Assembly: GCA_964615045.1 (NCBI GenBank)
Contig: CAZTOE010000004.1
Coordinates: 1 to 42,436 of the forward strand
Direction of reading: 5' to 3'
Source: an uncultured Spirochaetales bacterium
GTDB lineage: Bacteria; Myxococcota_A; UBA9160; PR03
Length of the DNA: 42,436 bases
Position 1 is the stretch's first letter; each line of letters starts with the position of its first letter. The notes under the pieces were generated by a model. The model did not search any database and had not been told where the DNA came from. It saw only the letters and a program-made list of their open reading frames with translations. Positions 25,816-34,955 of the stretch are shown piece by piece. A program made the position numbers and the translations under genes.

Positions 25816-26146
25816 GGGCCCTCGTGTCGTTTGGCGCGCAACCAAATCCGGACAGAGAATAGGGAACTGGCTCTCGACCGGTCCGGATCCTTTCTTGGTT
25901 TCGCAACCTCGCCGCGATCGAAACGACGCGGCCGCCCTCACGGCGATCTCGCTGCGAGCCGCGAGCGCGTGGTGGAATCTGGTGCTGCTGGGCCTCGCCT
26001 GGTCGATCACCCGCTCCTGCTCCTCCTCGGCGGGGTCTTCACGACCAACATGCAGCTCGGCTTCTCCTGGTGATCGTGCTACTCGTGACCTGCGTGCCCG
26101 GGACGAGTCTTTAGCTGTTGGAGTGGACCGGCGTGGGCGAGGCGCG

Positions 26147-26575
26147 ATGACGTGCCGGCCGAATAAGCTCTCGGGGGGCGTCGTACCCGTCCGCTTCGAA
26201 AATCACCGCCCTCTTCTCCTGCTGTTGCGCGCGTACCGGAACTGGGATTTTCCAAAGGGAGAGGTAGAGCCCGACGAGGTACCCCTCGAGACCGCGCGCC
26301 GCGAGCTCGAAGAGGAAACGGGCCTCACCTCCGCGACCTTCCGTTGGGGAGAGGACTTTTGTGAAACGCGCCCCTACGCCGGGGGCAAGGTGGCCCGCTA
26401 CTACCTGGCTCGCTGCGACGTGGGGGAGGTGATGCTTCCCGTGAACCCGGAGCTCGGGCGGCCGGAACACCATGAGTTCCGCTGGGTGTCCCTCGACGAG
26501 GCGGAGCGCCTGATCCCCGACCGCCTGCGACCCATTCTCGCCTGGGTGCGGACACGCATCCGCGACGACCCGTGA
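26147..26575 (+). CDS. NUDIX hydrolase (Ap4A-hydrolase-like)
   Basis: The track ORF 25757..26575 was trimmed to ATG 26147. Nudix box [23 protein letters not shown] preceded by WDFPKG. Confidence 0.8.
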   Translation: MTCRPNKLSGGVVPVRFENHRPLLLLLRAYRNWDFPKGEVEPDEVPLETARRELEEETGLTSATFRWGEDFCETRPYAGGKVARYYLARCDVGEVMLPVNPELGRPEHHEFRWVSLDEAERLIPDRLRPILAWVRTRIRDDP

Positions 26576-26658
26576 GAGTGGCGCCCGGCTCGTACGACCC
26601 GATCAGCACGTAGCTTGGCGCAGTGCGGGGCCGTCGGCGCAGCGTACGAGCTCAATGG

Positions 26659-27150
26659 CTACTTGATCGCGATGGTGCGCGGTTTCGATTCTTCGGTCTT
26701 TGGGATCGTGAGCGTCAGCACTCCGTCCTTGAAGTTGGCATCGATGTGATCCGCATCGGCGTCGCTCGGCAGCGAGAAGGACCGGCTGAACGTACCGTAA
26801 TGGCGCTCGATGAAGCGCCGTTTCTCCTTTTTGTCCTCGCGCTCGCTCTTCTTCTCGCCGCGGACGGTGAGAAGTCCTTCGTTGAATTCGATCGTGACGT
26901 CTTCTCTCGCAACCCCGGGGAGCTCGACCGTCACCGCGTACTGGTCATCGGTCTCGTGGACGTCCAAGGCCGGTAGCCAGCCACCTCGAGTGGAGGGCCC
27001 GTGCCAATCCTCGTCGAACTGGCGCAGCAAACGCTCGAGCCGAGCGGGAAAACCCGCGCCCAACGGCCGCCAATCGCGAAGCTCTCCGAACGGCTCGCGG
27101 GCCTCCACCGCCCGGGTCGGCTCCTTGGTGCGCTTCTTCTCTTTTGCCAT
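26659..27150 (-). CDS. Hsp20/alpha-crystallin small heat-shock protein
   Basis: Trimmed to ATG 27150 (SD GAGGAG). Alpha-crystallin domain ALDVHETDDQYAVTVELPGVAREDVTIEF..GLLTVRGEK..ERHYGTFSRSFSLP..A.FKDGVLTLTIPK. Confidence 0.9.
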   Translation of the reverse strand: MAKEKKRTKEPTRAVEAREPFGELRDWRPLGAGFPARLERLLRQFDEDWHGPSTRGGWLPALDVHETDDQYAVTVELPGVAREDVTIEFNEGLLTVRGEKKSEREDKKEKRRFIERHYGTFSRSFSLPSDADADHIDANFKDGVLTLTIPKTEESKPRTIAIK

Positions 27151-27397
27151 GGTTGCACTCCTCGGCTTGGGTACATCGTCGGCATTGCAAGGGCGGGGCC
27201 AGCCCGGCGCCGCCCCTGGGAGGTACACCGTCGAGAGCGATGTGGCCAGCTGCCACCGACCGTGCCCCAATGTCCCGAACAGTCGACCCGCTCGTTGCCC
27301 GCCGTCATCGGACAAGCCCGCTTCGATGCTAGCGTGTGGGCGGGGACGGCCCCGTCGCGCCCAATCAAAGTGCCCGTCCCGCGAAAGGATCAGATCC

Positions 27398-28165
27398 GTG
27401 ATTGACGTCTACTACTGGCCCACTCCCAATGGCTGGAAGATCACCATCATGCTCGAGGAGTGTGGGCTCGACTACCACATCATCCCCGTCGACATCGGCG
27501 GGGGAGACCAGTTCAAGCCGGAGTTCCTGCGGATCAGTCCCAACAACCGCATGCCCGCAATCGTGGATCACGAACCGCTCGGCGGAGGGGAGCAGCTCGC
27601 CATCTTCGAGTCGGGGGCCATCCTCGAGTATCTCGCCGACAAGTCGGGCCGCTTCCTTCCCGAAACGCCCGCCGAGCGGTATCGCGTGCTGCAGTGGCTC
27701 CACTGGCAGATGGCCAACCTCGGCCCGATGATGGGAAACGCCAACCACTTCAAGAACTACGCCAGGCAGATCGCCGACGACCCGAAACAACTCGAGTACG
27801 GCACCAAGCGCTTTGTGGGAGAAGTCGACCGGCTCTCGGGCGTCATGGACGCTCAGCTTGCCGTCCACCCCTACCTGGCCGGCCCCGATTACAGCATCGC
27901 GGACATCGCCGCTTGGCCCTGGGCCATGTTGATGGGTCGCTTGATCGACGAAAATGTGTGGGACGGATTCCCAAATTTGAAGCGCTGGGTCGACCAGGTT
28001 GGCGCGCGACCCGCGGTGGACCGGGGATACCGCGCCGGCAGCGAATTGGGAAAGGTCGAACGCACTGAGGAAGAAGAGAAAGCCCGCCGCGAGCTGCTCT
28101 TCAATCAGACCAACGAGAAGGTGCGCCAGGCGCGCGAGCAGGCGGCGCGCCTGGCGGTCTCCTGA
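27398..28165 (+). CDS. glutathione S-transferase, Nu-class (YfcG/YghU-like)
   Basis: The track ORF 26810..28165 was trimmed to GTG 27398 (AGGA at 27386..27389). IDVYYWPTPNGWKITIMLEE, PNNRMPAIVD, and FESGAILEYLA are typical of this class. Confidence 0.85.
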   Translation: MIDVYYWPTPNGWKITIMLEECGLDYHIIPVDIGGGDQFKPEFLRISPNNRMPAIVDHEPLGGGEQLAIFESGAILEYLADKSGRFLPETPAERYRVLQWLHWQMANLGPMMGNANHFKNYARQIADDPKQLEYGTKRFVGEVDRLSGVMDAQLAVHPYLAGPDYSIADIAAWPWAMLMGRLIDENVWDGFPNLKRWVDQVGARPAVDRGYRAGSELGKVERTEEEEKARRELLFNQTNEKVRQAREQAARLAVS

Positions 28166-28190
28166 ACGAAACCCGAGCGGGGCGCCGGGT

Positions 28191-28210
28191 GCGGGGGCGG
28201 TTGCCCCTGC
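28191..28210. terminator. GC-rich hairpin (8-bp stem, GGTT loop) between the convergent GST and LLM genes
   Basis: GCGGGGGC-GGTT-GCCCCTGC: 7 Watson-Crick pairs plus one G-U, 26 nt after the GST stop. There is no U-tract on either strand, so terminator function is uncertain. Confidence 0.3.
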
Positions 28211-28239
28211 GCCCGACGCTCAACCGACCCGTCGCCGAC

Positions 28240-29094
28240 CTACAGGTGTTTGGCGTAGCCGTCGAGTGCCGGCAGCACTTTGGCCGCGGGCGCCGAGGGA
28301 AGCCCCAACACCACGCGCTTCACGCCCATGTCGGCGTAGGCCTTGAGCTGGTCCGCCTCGATCGGGACGGGCGCTCCGTAGAACACGCCGAGCTCGATGG
28401 TAGAGAGATCCCGGCCGGCTTCCCGGCAGGCCTTCGCGAGCGCCTTCCAGCCCCCTTCGATGTCCATCATGCCGCCCCCGATCGGCATCCAGCCGTCGCA
28501 GAACTCGACCACATGCGCCGTTGTCTTCGGGCCGATGGCACCGCCCATGAGAATCGGCGGATGGGGCTTGTGGGAGGGTTTGGGCCAGGCCCAACTCTTT
28601 TCGAACTTGACGTGTTTGCCGCTGAAGCTGGCTTCGTCCCGGGTCCAGAGCTCTTTGCACAGCAAGAGATTCTCGCGGAGGATGTCCCGGCGCGCTTTGA
28701 ACGCGAGACCGTGGTTGCGCATTTCCTCCTTGCACCATCCGTATCCCACCCCGAACAGCAGACGTCCGCCCGAGATCATGTCGAGGCTCGCAACTTCCTT
28801 CGCCAGCCAGATCGGGTCGCGCTGCGCGACCAGGGTGATGCCCGTTCCCAGCTTCAGGTTTTCGGTCACGGCTGCGCAGGCCGCGAGGGCAACGAACTGG
28901 TCGTGGGTCCGCCAATACTCTTCCGGAAGCGGGGGAGCGCCCTCTCGCCCACCCCAGGGCGTTTCGCGGCTGGTCGGGATGTGGCTGTGCTCGGGAAACC
29001 AAAGCGACTCGAAGCCGCGCGACTCCACCTCCTTGGCCAACGGGATCGGTTGAATCGATTTGTCGGTCGGAAAGATCATGACACCGATGTTCAA
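28240..29094 (-). CDS. luciferase-like monooxygenase (LLM) class oxidoreductase, probably F420-dependent
   Basis: 284 aa, TTG start 6 nt after AGGAG. MNIGVMIFPTD..LAKEVESRGFESLWFPEHSHIP..LGTGITLVAQRDPI..ASLDMISGGRLLFGVGYGW is the pattern of the F420-dependent LLM subfamily. Confidence 0.8.
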   Translation of the reverse strand: MNIGVMIFPTDKSIQPIPLAKEVESRGFESLWFPEHSHIPTSRETPWGGREGAPPLPEEYWRTHDQFVALAACAAVTENLKLGTGITLVAQRDPIWLAKEVASLDMISGGRLLFGVGYGWCKEEMRNHGLAFKARRDILRENLLLCKELWTRDEASFSGKHVKFEKSWAWPKPSHKPHPPILMGGAIGPKTTAHVVEFCDGWMPIGGGMMDIEGGWKALAKACREAGRDLSTIELGVFYGAPVPIEADQLKAYADMGVKRVVLGLPSAPAAKVLPALDGYAKHL

Positions 29095-29168
29095 TGGAGA
29101 CTCCTTTCAGAAGTTGCTGGGCAAAGAAACTAGCGGCTCCAGGGTCCGCTCCGATGGCGAAGCGTGCG

Positions 29169-30155
29169 TTACGATCCGCCCGAAGGCTCTACCACCAGCT
29201 TGCCCATCACGCGGCGGTCGAGCATGGCGCGCAGCGCCGCCGGCACCTCTTCGAGCGCATAGCGGCGCGAGATCAGGGGGCGCAGCTTCCCCGCAGCGGC
29301 CAACTCGTCGAGTTCCCGCAGCACCGCCGCGGCGATGTCTGGCTCTTTGGTTTGCGAGGCGCCATAGAAAACGCCGACGATCTGGCAGCCTTTGAGCAGC
29401 GTGAGGTTGAGCGGCAGGCGGGGAATTCCCGCGGTGAAACCGATCACCAGAAAGCGACCCCGCCAGGCGATGGCGCGCAGCGCCGCCTCGGCGTGGTCCC
29501 CGCCCACAGCGTCGTAGACGACATCGACGCCGTTGCCCTTGGTGAGCTCTTTGGCGCGCGTCTTCAAATCTTCGGTGGCGTAGTTGATCGCTACATCCGC
29601 GCCGGCTTCGCGGCAGAGCGCGAGCTTCTCGGGTGTTGAAGCGGCCGCGATGACGCGCGCTCCGAGTAACTTCCCCAGTTCGATCGCGGCGAGCCCGACG
29701 CTTCCCGCGGCTCCGAGCACGAGAAGCGTCTCGCCGGGCTTCAGGTCGCCGCGGTACTTGAGGCCGTAGTAGCCGGTGCCGTATGCGTACCCCAAGCCGG
29801 TCGCCTCGGCATAGCCCAAGCCCTTGGGAAGCAGGCGGACGTCGGACGCATCCGCCAGGGCGCGCTCGGCGAAGCCGCCGGTCGGGCCGCTGGCCGCGAC
29901 GACGTCGTCGCCGACCGCGAAGCGCTCGACCCCCGCGCCCACCGCGCTCACCACGCCGGCCACTTCGCCACCCGGGACAAACGGCGGCTTGGCCTTGTAC
30001 TGGTATTTGTCCTCGATGATCAGCACGTCGGGGAAAGTGATCGCCGCCGCCCGGACGTCGACGACGAGCTGTCCCGCACCCGGCTTCGGATCTTCCACCT
30101 CTTCCACGACAAGTTTCTCGGGCGGACCAAACTCTCTACAGACAACAGCTCTCAC
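29169..30155 (-). CDS. NADPH:quinone oxidoreductase (medium-chain dehydrogenase/reductase family)
   Basis: The track ORF 29169..30770 was trimmed to GTG 30155 (SD AGGGAG). VRAVVCREFGPPEKLVVEEV, PGGEVAGVV, and cofactor motif LVLGAAGSVGLAAIELGK. Confidence 0.85.
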   Translation of the reverse strand: MRAVVCREFGPPEKLVVEEVEDPKPGAGQLVVDVRAAAITFPDVLIIEDKYQYKAKPPFVPGGEVAGVVSAVGAGVERFAVGDDVVAASGPTGGFAERALADASDVRLLPKGLGYAEATGLGYAYGTGYYGLKYRGDLKPGETLLVLGAAGSVGLAAIELGKLLGARVIAAASTPEKLALCREAGADVAINYATEDLKTRAKELTKGNGVDVVYDAVGGDHAEAALRAIAWRGRFLVIGFTAGIPRLPLNLTLLKGCQIVGVFYGASQTKEPDIAAAVLRELDELAAAGKLRPLISRRYALEEVPAALRAMLDRRVMGKLVVEPSGGS

Positions 30156-30235
30156 GCGAACTCCCTTTCGAACGTGAACCGCCGCATCATACACGCTCCC
30201 GCCTCGAGAAGCCGCGCAGTTGCGCCAAGTCGCGT

Positions 30236-30898
30236 TTGGGGCAATGTCTCGCGGTGGGTTGCCTGACCGACTCCGAACTCGACGCGGCCTCCCGCGGCAC
30301 CGTCGATTACTACGAGCAACACGCCGAACGCTACTGGGAAGGTACCCGGGACCACGATGTGTCCCAGAATGTGGAGGCCCTCCTCGACGCCCTCGGTGGA
30401 GGGGGCCCCTATCGCATCCTCGATTTCGGCTGCGGCCCCGGGAGGGATCTCCGAGACTTCCTCGAGCGCGGTCACGAACCCGTGGGCCTCGACGGCTCGG
30501 CGCGCTTCGCCTCGATGGCGCGCGCGTTCTCGGGAGCACCGGTTTGGCAGCAGGACTTCCTCGCGCTCGATCTCCCGCCGGCCGCCTTCGACGGCATCTT
30601 CGCCAATGCGTCGCTCTTCCACATCCCGACACGCGCCTTGCCCCGTGTGCTGGGCGAGCTTCGCGAGACGCTGCGGCCGGGAGGCGTGCTGTTCGCCTCG
30701 ATCCCGCGCGGCGAGAATCAGGAGGGTTGGAATCGCGGGCGCTTCGGCGCCTATCACGATCTCGAAGCATGGCGGAGCTTCCTGGTCGCTGCGGGCTTCA
30801 CGGCACTTCGACACTACTACCGGCCCGAGGGCCTGCCCCGCGACCAGCAACCCTGGCTCGCGAGCCTCTGGCGACAGGGCGAGCCAGAGCGAGCTTGA
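30236..30898 (+). CDS. class I SAM-dependent methyltransferase
   Basis: 220 aa. Motif I ILDFGCGPGRD and post-I/II blocks. The start is ambiguous (TTG 30236 or in-frame GTG 30254). Confidence 0.75.
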   Translation: MGQCLAVGCLTDSELDAASRGTVDYYEQHAERYWEGTRDHDVSQNVEALLDALGGGGPYRILDFGCGPGRDLRDFLERGHEPVGLDGSARFASMARAFSGAPVWQQDFLALDLPPAAFDGIFANASLFHIPTRALPRVLGELRETLRPGGVLFASIPRGENQEGWNRGRFGAYHDLEAWRSFLVAAGFTALRHYYRPEGLPRDQQPWLASLWRQGEPERA

Positions 30899-30932
30899 CG
30901 CGCTCGGTGCTGCGGAACGGGAGGCAGAACCG

Positions 30933-31295
30933 ATGGCCTTGTTCAAGGAATGGATCGCGATCGTGGGCTATGGCATCGAGGCCTTCGGGGTGCTCGTCAT
31001 GATGGTCGGGAGTGTCGTCGGAACCCTCTACTTTCTGGCGCGCCTGCGTACGGTGCCCCTGGCCGCGAGCTATTCGCAGTATCGCCGAGGCGTGGGGCGG
31101 TCGATCATTCTGGGTCTCGAGTTCCTGATCGCGGGAGACGTGATCCGAACCGTGGTCGTTTCTCACTCGGTATCGAGCGTCGCAGTACTCGCGCTGATCG
31201 TCTTGATTCGAACCTTCCTGAGCTTCACGCTGGCGCTCGAGATCGAGGGCCGTCTCCCGTGGCAAGTGTTCGCCGCGAAGGCACCGTCACCGTAG
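30933..31295 (+). CDS. small membrane protein, DUF1622-like
   Basis: ATG 30933 with SD GGGAGG, hidden as the tail of track ORF 30357..31295. 120 aa with 3-4 TM (..YRRGVGRSIILGLEFLIAGDVIRTV..). Confidence 0.55.
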   Translation: MALFKEWIAIVGYGIEAFGVLVMMVGSVVGTLYFLARLRTVPLAASYSQYRRGVGRSIILGLEFLIAGDVIRTVVVSHSVSSVAVLALIVLIRTFLSFTLALEIEGRLPWQVFAAKAPSP

Positions 31296-31328
31296 GAACA
31301 CCCCAAGACCGACCCGGCCGGGGGGATC

Positions 31329-34124
31329 ATGTACTTCTTGCTGCTGATTGGCCTTCTCGCCCTGGGCGCTTTCCTCGCCGGGACGGGCGTGCTCCGCGAC
31401 CGCCGCCGCCGCACGGCGGCCGGATGTCTCGTGGCTGTGGCAGCGCCGCTTTTCTTCGCACTGCTCTCGTTCTGGGGCGAGCTGCTCTGGTTCGAGGCGG
31501 CGGGCTACGGCAGCACCTTCTGGCGACGGGTCGCCGCCATGGTCGTCGCGACCGTCTTCGGGGCGGCAGCAGGCAGCGGGGGCGTCGCGCTGACGTACCG
31601 CGGCCTTCCCGGAACCGTGCCCTGGCTCCGCGCTCTCGCTGTAATCGCGGGCGGCCTGGTCGGGGCGGTCATTGGCCTGGGCAGCTGGGAGGAAGGGCTT
31701 CTCTTTCTCCACCGGGTCTCCGCCGGCGCGACGGAGCCGATCTTCGGTCGCGACGCCGGCTTCTACCTCTTCGTCCTGCCGATCCTCGATCGCCTCTATC
31801 TGTTGCTCATCGCGATCGCATTGCTCGGCTTCGCCGCCACGGCGCTGGCGATCGTGTCCGCGGCGCCGCAAGGGATCCCGGCGTGGCCGGGCGCGGGGCC
31901 GCAGCGGGTCTTGGCCCGGGCCGCGGCGGTGGTCGGGGCAACGGGCGCTGCCGGGATGCTGCTGGCCCGCTACCACCTGCTGTTCTCGGAATGGGGCGTC
32001 GTGGCCGGAGCCGGTTGGACCGATGTCCACGTTCGCCTCCCGGCCTACTGGCTCGTGGCCGCGCTCACGCTGGGCCTGGCGACAGCGCCGCTGCTACCGC
32101 CCCTGGCCGCGCGCCTACGGCTTCCGCTCGGCCGCTTGGGCCGGCGGGAGCCCCTGGGGCCTCTGCCGACGGCCTGGCTCGGGATCGCCGCCGTCTGGTT
32201 CACCGCCCTGGTCGTCGCTCCCAATCTGATCCAGTTCCTCGTGGTCGAACCCAACGAGATCACCTTCGAGAAGCCCTACATCGGCCACAACATCGTTTTC
32301 ACGCGCCGCGGCTTCCGCTTGCATCAGGTGGAGGAGCGGCAGTTTCCGGCCGACAGCGAGCTCACGCGCGACACGCTTCACCGGAGTCGCCATCTGCTCT
32401 CCGAGGCGCGGCTCTGGGATGTGCGTGCCCTCGACGCCGTATACCGTCAGTTCCAGGAGATCCGGCTGTACTACGCCTTCCACGACGTCGACATCGACCG
32501 CTACGCGTTGGGCGATGGCTATCGCCAGGTAATGGTCTCGGCGCGCGAGCTCGATCAGCGGAATCTCCCCGAGCAGAGCCAGACCTTTGTGAACCGCCGC
32601 TTCAAGTACACCCACGGCTACGGACTCACCCTGGCCACCGTGAGTGACTTCACGCCCGACGGGCTCCCCAATCTTTTGGTGAAGGACATCCCACCGCGCA
32701 CCGAAACCGCCGAGCTTCGCGTCGACCAACCGCAACTGTACTACGGCGAGCTGACCGGCGACCCGGTGGTGGTGAACAGTCGCGAGCCGGAGTTCGATTA
32801 TCCCAGCGGCGACGAAAATGTGACTACCATCTACAGCGGCCACGGCGGGGTCCGCCTCGCGAATCTGTGGCGCAAGTTTGTGCTGGGATGGCGCTTCGAC
32901 GGGACGCAGTTCTTCTTCTCTGCCTACATGACCCCCGACACCCGCGTGATGTTCCACCGACGCGTGCAGGATCGGGTGGCCGCGCTCGCCCCCTTTCTCG
33001 AGCTCGACGAGGACCCCTACGTGGTGCTGGTCGACGGAAGGCTGTATTGGATTCTCGATGCGTACACGAACTCCTCCTACTACCCGTACAGCGAGCCCTT
33101 CTCCGGAAGCGAGGTGATCCAGTACGGGAGTGCCGCCGGTCGTGAGCGGCTGGCGCGCGGCGTCGCGAGCCGACTGGGCGGCGCGAACTACTTGCGCAAC
33201 GCCGTGAAGGCGGTCGTGGACGCCTACGACGGGACCACCACGCTGTACGTCTTTGACGCCGACGACCCGGTGATCCGCGCCTGGCAGGGCGCCTTCCCGA
33301 ACCTGTTTCGGGACGCGGCCGAGATGCCCGCCGGACTGCGCGCCCACGTCCGCTATCCCGAGGGATTCCTGCTGGCCCAGGGCCTCGTCTACGCCAAGTA
33401 CCACATGGCCGATCCTGAGGTGTTCTACAACCAGGAGGACCTCTGGGTCCGGGCGACCGAGAAGTACTACGCGGGTGTCCAACCCGTGGAGCCCTACTAC
33501 GTCATGTGGCAAAAGCCGGGCGCCGAGCGGGCCGAGTTCGTCCTGATCCTCCCCTTCACCCCGAAGAATCGCCAGGTCTTGATCGGTTGGATCGCAGGGC
33601 TCTGCGACGGGGAAAACTACGGCCGCTTCTTTGCCTACAAGTTTCCCAAGGAGCGGCGCGTGCTCGGGCCGCAGCAAGTCGAGACCAAGATCGACCAGGA
33701 CCGCTTTCTTTCGGGTCAGCTCACGCTCTGGGACCAGCGCGGCTCCTCCGTGATCCGCGGCAACGTCCTCGCCATCCCCATCGAGGAAACCCTGCTCTAC
33801 GTGGAGCCGATCTATCTCCAGGCCGAAACCGCAGCCTATCCAGAGCTGCGCCTCGTCGTGCTGATGCACGGCGATCGCCTGAGCTACGCGGAAACCTTCG
33901 AGGAGGCACTCGAGGGACTCTTCGACGCTGCGCGCGCAGCGCCCGCGGAGGCGGAGGGCCCCGCCGCGCCGTGGGCGGAGCAGGCGCGCGATGCGAACCA
34001 GTCTTTCGAACGGTACTTGCGGCTCCAGGGCGACGGACGCTTAGTCGAGGCCGGGCGCGAGTTGGAACGCCTCCGAGGGCTCCTGCGGGAGCTCGCGGCG
34101 ACGGCACGGGAACCCAGCGAGTAA
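31329..34124 (+). CDS. UPF0182-family large membrane protein (COG1615), function unknown
   Basis: 931 aa. About 7 N-terminal TM segments, then a large soluble region with the conserved block EKPYIGHNIVFTRRGFRL and LWDVRAL..YRQFQEIRLYY. It lies 33 nt after the DUF1622-like gene. Confidence 0.75.
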   Translation: MYFLLLIGLLALGAFLAGTGVLRDRRRRTAAGCLVAVAAPLFFALLSFWGELLWFEAAGYGSTFWRRVAAMVVATVFGAAAGSGGVALTYRGLPGTVPWLRALAVIAGGLVGAVIGLGSWEEGLLFLHRVSAGATEPIFGRDAGFYLFVLPILDRLYLLLIAIALLGFAATALAIVSAAPQGIPAWPGAGPQRVLARAAAVVGATGAAGMLLARYHLLFSEWGVVAGAGWTDVHVRLPAYWLVAALTLGLATAPLLPPLAARLRLPLGRLGRREPLGPLPTAWLGIAAVWFTALVVAPNLIQFLVVEPNEITFEKPYIGHNIVFTRRGFRLHQVEERQFPADSELTRDTLHRSRHLLSEARLWDVRALDAVYRQFQEIRLYYAFHDVDIDRYALGDGYRQVMVSARELDQRNLPEQSQTFVNRRFKYTHGYGLTLATVSDFTPDGLPNLLVKDIPPRTETAELRVDQPQLYYGELTGDPVVVNSREPEFDYPSGDENVTTIYSGHGGVRLANLWRKFVLGWRFDGTQFFFSAYMTPDTRVMFHRRVQDRVAALAPFLELDEDPYVVLVDGRLYWILDAYTNSSYYPYSEPFSGSEVIQYGSAAGRERLARGVASRLGGANYLRNAVKAVVDAYDGTTTLYVFDADDPVIRAWQGAFPNLFRDAAEMPAGLRAHVRYPEGFLLAQGLVYAKYHMADPEVFYNQEDLWVRATEKYYAGVQPVEPYYVMWQKPGAERAEFVLILPFTPKNRQVLIGWIAGLCDGENYGRFFAYKFPKERRVLGPQQVETKIDQDRFLSGQLTLWDQRGSSVIRGNVLAIPIEETLLYVEPIYLQAETAAYPELRLVVLMHGDRLSYAETFEEALEGLFDAARAAPAEAEGPAAPWAEQARDANQSFERYLRLQGDGRLVEAGRELERLRGLLRELAATAREPSE

Positions 34125-34197
34125 TCCGTTGCGGCGGGGTCGCACAGGGGCAAGGTACGCACGCAGGAACGCCACCTTGGCGTCGAGCCCACCCCCG

Positions 34198-34869
34198 TCA
34201 CGGCGTCGGCGGCGTGATAGAACCCCCGGTTCGGGCCGTAGCTCGATCCATCAGCTCGCGGACCTCCTCGTCCGCGACCTGATGGAAGTCCTGGTAGAAG
34301 CGTCCGATGGCGCCGAACGGGTACGGCGTCTCGAGGCACACCACGCGATCGACCTCGTGGCGGAGCGCGTTCACGGTCTCGGCGGGAGCCACGGGAACCG
34401 CCAGGACGAGGTGAGCCGGCTCGCGGCGCCGTACCCCGCGCAGCGCCGCGCGCATCGTGGCCCCGGTCGCGATGCCGTCGTCGACGACGATGGCAGTTTG
34501 GCCTCGCACCGAGGGGCGTTCGCGCCCCCCCAGATAGAGCTCGCGGCGGCGGTCGATCTCCGCAAGTTCCCGCTCCGCGCACTCTCGGACGTAGTCGACG
34601 GAGAGGCCCAACATCGCCAGGAGGTCCTCGTTCAGCACGAACTCCATCGATTCTCCATCGACCACCGCGCCCACCGCGAGCTCCGGCTGATGGGGTGCAC
34701 CGACCTTGCGGACCAGGAGCAGGTCGAGCGGGGCGTCGAGCGCTCGCGCAACCTCGAAGCCGATCGGAACGCCGCCGCGGGGGAGCGCCAATACCACGGG
34801 CTGACGGTCGCGTAAGAAAAGAAGTTCCTTCGCCAGCCGCTCTCCCGCTTCGCGGCGATCCTTGAACAT
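34198..34869 (-). CDS. phosphoribosyltransferase-family protein
   Basis: The track ORF 34198..35412 was trimmed to ATG 34869 (SD GGAGGAG). MFKDRREAGERLA..VLALPRGGVPIG and PRPP motif TAIVVDDGIATGATM. Confidence 0.8.
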   Translation of the reverse strand: MFKDRREAGERLAKELLFLRDRQPVVLALPRGGVPIGFEVARALDAPLDLLLVRKVGAPHQPELAVGAVVDGESMEFVLNEDLLAMLGLSVDYVRECAERELAEIDRRRELYLGGRERPSVRGQTAIVVDDGIATGATMRAALRGVRRREPAHLVLAVPVAPAETVNALRHEVDRVVCLETPYPFGAIGRFYQDFHQVADEEVRELMDRATARTGGSITPPTP

Positions 34870-34955
34870 CAAAGCTCCTCCTTCTCGATCAGTTGCTCCA
34901 CGAACCATCGACGGGCCAGCTCGGCGACCCGGTCCAGCGGACCGAGTGCACCCAA

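Noticed and set aside
23111-25906. N-terminal extensions of several track ORFs (23111..25906, 29169..30770, 34198..35412, 26810..28165, 25757..26575, 18504..19367, 19083..20657, 5455..6210, 6042..7226, 26659..27315)
   Set aside because: The upstream parts are low-complexity and overlap neighbouring genes or promoters. Internal starts have SD sequences and begin exactly where family similarity, Tat or signal peptides, or translational coupling (GTGA/ATGA) begin.
26588-26651. 9-bp inverted repeat GCTCGTACG / CGTACGAGC between the convergent NUDIX and hsp20 genes, considered as a bidirectional terminator
   Set aside because: The arms are separated by a 46-nt loop with no obvious internal pairing, and there is no U-tract. 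It is not convincing as an intrinsic terminator.
27164-27191. Sigma-32-like heat-shock promoter upstream of hsp20 on the minus strand (CCCTTGCAA, 13 nt, CCCAAGCC)
   Set aside because: The -35 half resembles CCCTTGAA. However, the -10 half matches CCCCATNT poorly and directly abuts the Shine-Dalgarno (27158..27163), so a transcript starting there would lack a ribosome-binding site.
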